A stretch of DNA of 64,000 nucleotides, taken from NCBI GenBank assembly GCA_943789165.1, contig CALSTB010000003.1, positions 391,454 through 455,453 of the forward strand, given 5' to 3'. The position numbers and the translations under genes are program-made. The notes beneath the pieces were generated by a model. The model saw nothing but the letters and a program-made list of their open reading frames with translations. It ran no database searches and was not told the DNA's origin. This stretch comes from an uncultured Bacteroidia bacterium. GTDB lineage: Bacteria; Bacteroidota; Bacteroidia; NS11-12g; UBA9320. This document shows, one piece after another, positions 57,714 to 64,000 of this stretch (positions within the stretch are counted from its first letter, which is position 1; each line of letters opens with the position of its first letter).

Positions 57714-58187
57714 TTAACAACATCCACCGCCAGGCGTGCAGCATGATTCTGCGCTTTCTGTAATACTTGCTAGGTTTCTTTTTATTTTTTCAACTGGAAC
57801 ACCGCAATTGTCTTTTGCCAAACAGTCGGTATGGGTATTGGTAAGAACAAAGTCTTTTCCGTCAAAGTCCAAACCATATTTACCTATGGTTGAAGACTGG
57901 TATTCCACTTCGATTTCTAAGTCTTCAAGACCCAATATGTTTTCAGACAAATTGATAATATCTAAAAATTTAGAAGGCGCAATTCGATGGTCGTAATCGT
58001 TTGCCTCCCACAATTGAAAGTTGATGGCATTATCCGTTCTGACTTTTCCGCCACAATCAATAAAATGTTTCGAAACAGAGCCTATTTCCGTTACGTGAAA
58101 ATGTTGTGGTACATACGAACCATTAGGTAGTTTAAACCTTACTTCTCCGATGTTTTGTAGTTGTGTTTTTACTTGTGATAATCTCAT
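57714..58187 (-). CDS. DUF6428-like protein of the ars operon, with a Cys-rich C-terminal tail
   Basis: Sits between arsR and arsC, separated by only 3 nt from arsC and 11 nt from arsR. Ends ...ESCCTPGGGCC. The family name is from memory. The start may instead be 58205. Confidence 0.5.
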   Translation of the reverse strand: MRLSQVKTQLQNIGEVRFKLPNGSYVPQHFHVTEIGSVSKHFIDCGGKVRTDNAINFQLWEANDYDHRIAPSKFLDIINLSENILGLEDLEIEVEYQSSTIGKYGLDFDGKDFVLTNTHTDCLAKDNCGVPVEKIKRNLASITESAESCCTPGGGCC

Positions 58188-58198
58188 GATATTTTTAT

Positions 58199-58531
58199 TT
58201 AACAACAGTTATCTCCGCAGTCTTTGTACTGATCAAACAGTTCATTTAACATGTTTCTAATCTGTAACCAGCGCGAAGGGTTAATACAATAACTTATGGA
58301 AGAACCTTCTATAGATCCTTGAATAATACCGACGTCTTTAAGTTCTCGAAGGTGTTGGCTAATAGTTGCTTGTGCCAGACCTAATTCACTAACCAAATCG
58401 CCGTTAATACAGGCGTTGGCTTTTAATAGGTATTGGACAATCGCTACTCTTGCCGGGTGGGCGAACGCTTTTGAAACGATTGCCAACTCGTTTTGTTTCG
58501 AGTCAAATAAATCTGTCTTTGTTATTCCCAT
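58199..58531 (-). CDS. arsR: ArsR/SmtB family metalloregulator
   Basis: FAHPARVAIVQYL....CINGDLVSELGLAQATISQHLRELKDVGII is the winged-HTH core. The C-terminus is DCGDNCC. Confidence 0.88.
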   Translation of the reverse strand: MGITKTDLFDSKQNELAIVSKAFAHPARVAIVQYLLKANACINGDLVSELGLAQATISQHLRELKDVGIIQGSIEGSSISYCINPSRWLQIRNMLNELFDQYKDCGDNCC

Positions 58532-58550
58532 AGGTACATTGCAATATTAC

Positions 58551-58575
58551 GATGATAGATGTATAATACCATCAT
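58551..58575. promoter_or_regulatory. Candidate ArsR operator (imperfect inverted repeat)
   Basis: ATGATAG-n10-CCATCAT sits 20-45 nt upstream of the arsR ATG and overlaps a TAATATTG -7-like box on the minus strand. Confidence 0.3.
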
Positions 58576-58593
58576 TTTTCACAAAACTTTTTT

Positions 58594-58905
58594 CTAGAAC
58601 GTTTCTTTTTTGAGGAAATCTGAGACCACAGGAAGTTCGAAACGCGTCTCAATCGAGTCACAAGCCAATCTCATTGCGTTTCTCCATTTGTCCGCTTCGT
58701 CAGGTAATTTTTTTCCTGATTCTTGCCACGTCTTTTTATCCGGCCATTGCGCGTACGCCATGAATTCGCTAGCGTTTGTTTTATGGAGTCTTGAGCCAAG
58801 ACTGCCTTCATGGGTATAAATTAAACGTGTTAATTCTTCCCACGCTTCGATAAACTTGGACGTTTGTCCAGGTTTAACAGAAAACGAATAAATGACGGCA
58901 AACAT
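58594..58905 (-). CDS. Antibiotic-biosynthesis-monooxygenase (ABM/Dabb-fold) domain protein
   Basis: MFAVIYSFSVKPG....F..AW.E......GSLGSRLH......F.AYAQWPD is the typical ABM beta-alpha-beta pattern. The ATG lies 1 nt after the upstream stop. Confidence 0.6.
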   Translation of the reverse strand: MFAVIYSFSVKPGQTSKFIEAWEELTRLIYTHEGSLGSRLHKTNASEFMAYAQWPDKKTWQESGKKLPDEADKWRNAMRLACDSIETRFELPVVSDFLKKETF

Positions 58906-58906
58906 G

Positions 58907-61318
58907 TTAGATAAAATCTGGATATTCTTCTGGATCCGATTCATTCATCAGACCATAAACGACCGTAAAAATGTCTTCCGCATTGGGCTTAGAAAAATAG
59001 TCGCCATCGGTGCTATAGGCTGGACGATGCGCTCTGGAGGTGATGGTTTTTGGCTGTGCATCTAGCCATTGATACCCACTTTGTTTTTCCAGCACTTGCT
59101 GCATCATATAGGCAGTTGCACCCCCTGGAACGTCTTCATCTAAGAAAACGATCTTGTTCGTTTTCTCTAAAGACTTCACTATGTCCTTGTTTAGATCAAA
59201 CGGCAACAACGATTGTACGTCTATAAGTTCAACTGAGATACCATGCTCCTCCAATTGTTTGATAGCATCTTCAGCAATTCGACAGCATGACCCGTACGTT
59301 ACCAACGTAACATCTGTGCCGTGTTGCAACGTTTCTACTTGACCCAAAGGCAACGTGTAAGATCCCAAATTATCTGGTTTGCGCTCTTTAAGTCGGTAAC
59401 CATTTAAGCATTCTACCACAATGGCCGGCTCATCTGACAACAACAAGGTGTTATAAAAGCCAGCAGCCTTTACCATGTTTCGAGGTACCAAAACGTGCAT
59501 GCCTCTTACCGCATTTATGATCATAGACATCGGAGAACCACTGTGCCAAATACCTTCTAATCGGTGACCTCTTGTCCGAATAATGACTGGGTTTTTTTGA
59601 CCACCTTTGGTTCGATATTGCAGGGTTGCAATGTCGTCGCTCATTATTTGAATCGCGTAAATCAAGTAATCCAAATACTGTATTTCTGCAATTGGTCGTA
59701 GTCCGCGAAGGGAGGCCCCAACAGCTTGACCGATAATGGTGTTTTCTCTAATACCAGTATCCATCACGCGGTTGATTCCGTGCTTTTCTTGAAGTCCGGC
59801 AAAACCTTGGTTTACATCACCAATATGACCTAAATCCTCTCCAAACGCCACCACTCTTTTATCACGTGTTAAGGCGTCGTCAAAGCATTCTTGTAAGATT
59901 TCAAACCCGTTTAGCATCGGACTTTCGTCACTAAATGCGGGTGGAATTTCATTTACTTTTAGCGCATTCCACTCCGACTCGCTGTATAAATGACTGCTAT
60001 ACCGTTCGAAGTTTATGTTTTTATAGTCGTTGTACCACGCAAGTAATGCTTCTCTTGCTGGACCATTTTCTCCTATCGTAAGTCTTAAGGCTTTAGAAAC
60101 TGATACGCCGAGGTCTTTGCGAATGGCATCTCTATCTGCCTTCAGCGCTTTTGCTAATGGCATGATGGCCTCTGGGTTTCCAGATTCGTTTGCCAGTGAT
60201 TGCAACGACTCGATGCACGTATCCTTTTCAGCTTGTATGGGTGCCATGTACGCTTCCCAGGCAGCTTCTTTAGATTGTTTAACGTGTTCGATAGCTTCGT
60301 TCTCGATAGTCTCTATTTCTGATTTAGAAACCACTTTTGTTTTTAGCATCCAGGCCCGCATCTGGTCGATACAGTCGTATTCTGCTTCCCATTCCAACCG
60401 TTGTTTCGACTTATAACGTTCGTGTGATCCTGAAGTTGAATGTCCTTGTGGTTGCGTTACTTCGGTAACATGGATAATGGCTGGAACGTGTGATTTACGG
60501 CATTTCGCAGCCGCCTTTGCATAGGTCTTAACCAACTCCGGATAATCCCATCCCTTGACGGTATATAAATCATATCCTTTTCCGTCTTTATCCGTTTTAA
60601 ATCCCTTTAAAATGGAAGACAGGTTTTCTTTCGTTGTCTGATATTTTGCTGGTACAGAAATGCCATAAGCATCATCCCAGATAGACACCAACATGGGTAT
60701 TTGAAGAACTCCGGCTGCATTAATAGCCTCCCAAAAAGGCCCTTCACTTGTACTCGCGTTGCCGATGGTACCGAAAGCAATTTCGTTCCCTTCAATTGAG
60801 AAATCTGTTAGGTCGTGTAGTTTTTCATTTTCACGATATAATTTGGATGCCCACGCCAATCCTACCAACCGACTCATTTGTCCTGCTGTTGGACTAATAT
60901 CCGACGATGAATTGTAGTGGTCTGTTTGGTTCTTCCAACTACCATCTGCGTTCAGCAGCCTGGTTCCAAAATGACCGTTCATGCTACGACCAGCACTCGC
61001 TGGTTCTTCTTCCACATCAGTAATCGCATATAGTTGCGCAAAGAAGGCGCGTTCATTGCTCATGCCTTTTGCGAACATGAAGGTTTGGTCTCTATAGTAT
61101 CCAGACCTAAAGTCTCCTTTTTCAAAGGCCTTCGCCATGGCTAATTGAGCTACCTCTTTGCCATCCCCAAAAATTCCAAACTTTGCCTTACCGGTTAGGA
61201 CTTCTTTTCGTCCTAATAAACTGGCTTGGCGACTTCTGAAAGCAATTTTATAATCATTGATGATTTCTTCTAAAAACTCCTCTTTGCTCATATTTGCTTT
61301 TTCCGCCACTTGACTCAT
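58907..61318 (-). CDS. Fused alpha/beta E1 component of a 2-oxoacid dehydrogenase (TPP-dependent)
   Basis: The N-terminal half is E1-alpha-like (GNASTSEG...) and the C-terminal half is transketolase-pyrimidine/E1-beta-like (FGEDLG..GDVNQ, DTGI.E..IIG.AVG). The 803-aa fusion is common in Flavobacteriia. Confidence 0.8.
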   Translation of the reverse strand: MSQVAEKANMSKEEFLEEIINDYKIAFRSRQASLLGRKEVLTGKAKFGIFGDGKEVAQLAMAKAFEKGDFRSGYYRDQTFMFAKGMSNERAFFAQLYAITDVEEEPASAGRSMNGHFGTRLLNADGSWKNQTDHYNSSSDISPTAGQMSRLVGLAWASKLYRENEKLHDLTDFSIEGNEIAFGTIGNASTSEGPFWEAINAAGVLQIPMLVSIWDDAYGISVPAKYQTTKENLSSILKGFKTDKDGKGYDLYTVKGWDYPELVKTYAKAAAKCRKSHVPAIIHVTEVTQPQGHSTSGSHERYKSKQRLEWEAEYDCIDQMRAWMLKTKVVSKSEIETIENEAIEHVKQSKEAAWEAYMAPIQAEKDTCIESLQSLANESGNPEAIMPLAKALKADRDAIRKDLGVSVSKALRLTIGENGPAREALLAWYNDYKNINFERYSSHLYSESEWNALKVNEIPPAFSDESPMLNGFEILQECFDDALTRDKRVVAFGEDLGHIGDVNQGFAGLQEKHGINRVMDTGIRENTIIGQAVGASLRGLRPIAEIQYLDYLIYAIQIMSDDIATLQYRTKGGQKNPVIIRTRGHRLEGIWHSGSPMSMIINAVRGMHVLVPRNMVKAAGFYNTLLLSDEPAIVVECLNGYRLKERKPDNLGSYTLPLGQVETLQHGTDVTLVTYGSCCRIAEDAIKQLEEHGISVELIDVQSLLPFDLNKDIVKSLEKTNKIVFLDEDVPGGATAYMMQQVLEKQSGYQWLDAQPKTITSRAHRPAYSTDGDYFSKPNAEDIFTVVYGLMNESDPEEYPDFI

Positions 61319-61467
61319 GTAATCCTAGATTTGATACTATTGAAAAAAACCACTCATTTATAGCTAAACTTGCACCTAATGAGAGGGGCAAAAGTACCAA
61401 ATTTGATACACTTAATTCAACAAACGAGCCAACCTGTTGTTATACTTTTAGTAATAGAATTTCTAAC

Positions 61468-61884
61468 GTGAATGAAGTTGAAGTATATAATGGACCCATC
61501 ATAATCTTTGATGGTGTATGTAATCTTTGTAATTCCTCGGTCGACTTTGTCATTCGCAGAGACAGGAAATCGGCCTTTAGATTTGCTTCGTTACAGTCTG
61601 ACTACGCCAAAAAGCTATTGGAGGGTAAAGCCATAAACATGGAAAACCCAGAAAGTTTGGTGTATTATCGGTCTGGTATTATCAAACAAAAATCCAACGC
61701 AGTACTGTCTATTGCCGTTGGCTTAGGCTTTCCGTATTCATTGGCTTACGTGTTTAAAATCATTCCACGTTTTCTAAGAAACTACGTCTACGACGTAATC
61801 GCACGAAATCGATATAACTGGTTTGGTAAGAAAAACACATGTCGCATTCCCACCGAAGCTGAACGAGAATTATTCCTTGATTAG
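61468..61884 (+). CDS. Thiol-disulfide oxidoreductase DCC family (DUF393)
   Basis: IIIFDGVCNLCNSSVDFVIRRD....F.FASLQS is the DCC motif. The GTG at 61468 is preferred because the longer ORF overlaps the divergent E1 gene start. Confidence 0.7.
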   Translation: MNEVEVYNGPIIIFDGVCNLCNSSVDFVIRRDRKSAFRFASLQSDYAKKLLEGKAINMENPESLVYYRSGIIKQKSNAVLSIAVGLGFPYSLAYVFKIIPRFLRNYVYDVIARNRYNWFGKKNTCRIPTEAERELFLD

Positions 61885-63857
61885 TTGAGTTGATTCAAAC
61901 TAGCTCCAGCAGAACGGTCCACTTTTAATGAGGGGTTTCCGCGGTATTTCAATTTCGATGCCCCATTCAAATCACCGGTCACCTCGCCGCTTACGGTAAC
62001 ATCTGCTGTCGAAGCTCCTGACATATCAACATTTACATTTTCAGCCTTTAAACTGTTTCCGTCAAATCCACTTGCACCGCTCAGTTCAAGAAAAAGCAAA
62101 TCGGTTTGACCAGAGATTGTGGCCTCCGTACCTCCTGAACCATCGACGGAAAGTTTTTCCGTTGAAATGTTGTTCAGTACGACTTTTGACGCTCCATCAA
62201 ACTGCAAATCAAAATATGATTTTAGATTATCCGAAGCGTCTACAGTCACTTTACAAGATCCTGAAACCTCTAACCCTTTGAGGTTAGCCAATCGAACGGT
62301 AATGATTTCATCTCCGCCAACAAAACCCTTTTTTTGCTTGAGTTCCAACACGTTGTTAGAAACCGTTACCTCGACCCACTCTTTCCCGTTTTCTCTTTTC
62401 GGTATGTCAATCCCTTCTACTTCTCCTTCTATCACATTAACAGTTAGGGCACCCTCAACCTCTAATTTATCAAAACTGTCATCAAGTCTATTATACTTTT
62501 TGTTTGTGCGTTTAGATGTGCAGTCTTCACATCTAAAACCCGCCTCCGACATATAAAAAACATGTCCCGCCATTTCGGGGTCATACACATCTTGAAGATT
62601 GTCAATGTGGTAGATAACCCGTTTGGTGGATTCATGAAAAATTACGGTTTGACCAACAGGTACTTTAACAGTTAAGGTCACTTCTGGAGAAATGACTCGA
62701 CATTGCTCGTTTAACAACACTTTCTCACTCAATAAAAGTGTGTTTTTCGAAAGACGATAGGTTGGTGCTATGTTTTCAGTCGATTCTTTAGCAACGTTCT
62801 CGTTTCTTCCTCTTGCAGACTTTTGCACCTTCAATTCGATGTTGCCTGTAGTCGATTGAACCACGTCCAGCTTTAGATACCGTTTGGTACGCACATATTC
62901 TTCAGCCAATAGGTCGTCGACTCGAATTATGATGGTGTCACTTTGCACATCTAAAGTCTCAACTTGTGTAGCAATACCTTCTGATTGATATTGACGTGCA
63001 TTGTAGAAAAACCCAACAATTGCTAAAATGATGGCGATAAACCAGCCTGAAATCATAGATTGTCGAACGGGTTTGGTAGGCTTTGGCACCGACAACACTT
63101 CCGGTAAAATGTGAGACGCTATGTATACCAATGGAATGGCAAAAATGAGGTAGAACGCTATTTTGAAAAACCACGAGCCAGACCCTAAGACCATCATGTT
63201 AAAGACATGTCCATCGATACGAATATTGGAATCCATATTGAAGAAATGGCCGTTAAATAAGATCCCCATTAGGGAAGTAATCAAGAGTATAATGATACCA
63301 ACGAAGGCCAACACTGCGAATAGTTTAAAAAACGCTCCAAACACCCTTTTCAATAAGTCGATAAGCGATCCAAAGAAGTGTGATACAGATCGTCTGTTCT
63401 CTGGCGTTGCGATTCTTTCGTAAGCCGCTTTCGCTTCACTGTGGATGGTGTTTTTTATGTTTTCAATGTTGGGTGATTCGCCCATCATTTCTAATTTTTC
63501 AGCGGTTGTTTTGGCGCCAGGTAAAATGGCCCACAAAATGATGTAGATCCAAAAGCCGAAGCCAAAAACAAGTAGAGAAATGACCCATAAAATTCTTAAA
63601 ACGGTTGGATCAAAATCAAAATACTTTGCCAAACCAGCGCAAACGCCACCAATTTGTTGGTTGTCGATGTCTCTAAACAGTCTGCGTGTTTTTCTTGAAG
63701 TCGATTTGTCTTTTGGTTGATTTGCCCCTTGATTGGTTGATTCTTCAGTAGATTTTGTTGAGGTAGTCTCTTCCTCTGCTTCAAAATCTGAAGGATATCC
63801 CATGGTTTGTGCCACATCTTCTACGTCGCTGATGTTAATGGTAACTATCTTATTCAT
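61881..63857 (-). CDS. PspC-domain membrane protein with a C-terminal DUF2807/GIN (putative adhesin-head) domain
   Basis: RRLFRDIDNQQIGGVCAGLAKYFDFDPTVLRILWVI is the PspC domain. It is followed by TM helices and C-terminal repeats of G.G...V.GS....V..SGAS. Confidence 0.75.
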   Translation of the reverse strand: MNKIVTINISDVEDVAQTMGYPSDFEAEEETTSTKSTEESTNQGANQPKDKSTSRKTRRLFRDIDNQQIGGVCAGLAKYFDFDPTVLRILWVISLLVFGFGFWIYIILWAILPGAKTTAEKLEMMGESPNIENIKNTIHSEAKAAYERIATPENRRSVSHFFGSLIDLLKRVFGAFFKLFAVLAFVGIIILLITSLMGILFNGHFFNMDSNIRIDGHVFNMMVLGSGSWFFKIAFYLIFAIPLVYIASHILPEVLSVPKPTKPVRQSMISGWFIAIILAIVGFFYNARQYQSEGIATQVETLDVQSDTIIIRVDDLLAEEYVRTKRYLKLDVVQSTTGNIELKVQKSARGRNENVAKESTENIAPTYRLSKNTLLLSEKVLLNEQCRVISPEVTLTVKVPVGQTVIFHESTKRVIYHIDNLQDVYDPEMAGHVFYMSEAGFRCEDCTSKRTNKKYNRLDDSFDKLEVEGALTVNVIEGEVEGIDIPKRENGKEWVEVTVSNNVLELKQKKGFVGGDEIITVRLANLKGLEVSGSCKVTVDASDNLKSYFDLQFDGASKVVLNNISTEKLSVDGSGGTEATISGQTDLLFLELSGASGFDGNSLKAENVNVDMSGASTADVTVSGEVTGDLNGASKLKYRGNPSLKVDRSAGASLNQLN

Positions 63858-63864
63858 TTTTTAA

Positions 63865-64000
63865 TTATAGGCTTGTTAATTGTTTCACGGAATAGCTTAG
63901 CACTTTCCATGTTTTGTCTAATTCGGTCAAAAACGCTTTTCCTTCGGTGGTGATGGAATAATATTTTCTTGGGGGTCCTTGATCAGACTCTTTCCAGTTA
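63865..64000 (-). CDS. PadR family transcriptional regulator (3' part; continues beyond the window)
   Basis: Own minus-strand translation gives ...WKESDQGPPRKYYSITTEGKAFLTELDKTWKVLSYSVKQLTSL followed by a stop. G.PRKYY.iT..G is the PadR wing signature. Confidence 0.7.
   Translation of the reverse strand, partial: NWKESDQGPPRKYYSITTEGKAFLTELDKTWKVLSYSVKQLTSL

Overview
AT-rich chromosomal segment from a Bacteroidota, probably Flavobacteriia-like, organism. Three things support that assignment. Five secreted proteins end in Por/T9SS C-terminal sorting domains. TAnnTTTG '-7' promoter boxes sit just upstream of many start codons. The gene content includes GldM_C-like, DUF2723, DUF4468 and GtrA proteins. 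Most of the window is housekeeping: accA, folK, guaB, purK/purE, mnmA, rlmB, carB, a photolyase, a fused 2-oxoacid dehydrogenase E1, and Dps. Interspersed are accessory modules: a cyanophycin set (cphA, cphB, isoaspartyl peptidase), an arsR-DUF6428-arsC-acr3 arsenic operon, a translationally coupled beta-carbonic anhydrase/bestrophin pair, MarR-YceI, and PadR-PspC. I found no CRISPR array, rRNA, transposase, integrase, or recognisable defence system. I cannot point to a clearly novel multi-gene system. The observations most worth follow-up are: (1) a ~175-nt multi-hairpin element at 19.9-20.06 kb closed by a ~20-bp long-range helix, with its own -7 box and a U-rich tail on the minus strand, which I read as a candidate sRNA; (2) a GIY-YIG ORF bounded by near-identical 38-nt hairpins inside a decayed tRNA-Asp array; (3) Cys-rich C-terminal tails on ArsR and the DUF6428 protein, suggesting an As(III) sensor/chaperone pair; (4) the carbonic anhydrase-bestrophin coupling; (5) a one-base frameshift splitting carB; (6) a gene-fragment scar at 1.0-1.2 kb containing an antisense cysS fragment. 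All family calls rest on motifs read by eye from the translations; no database search was run.
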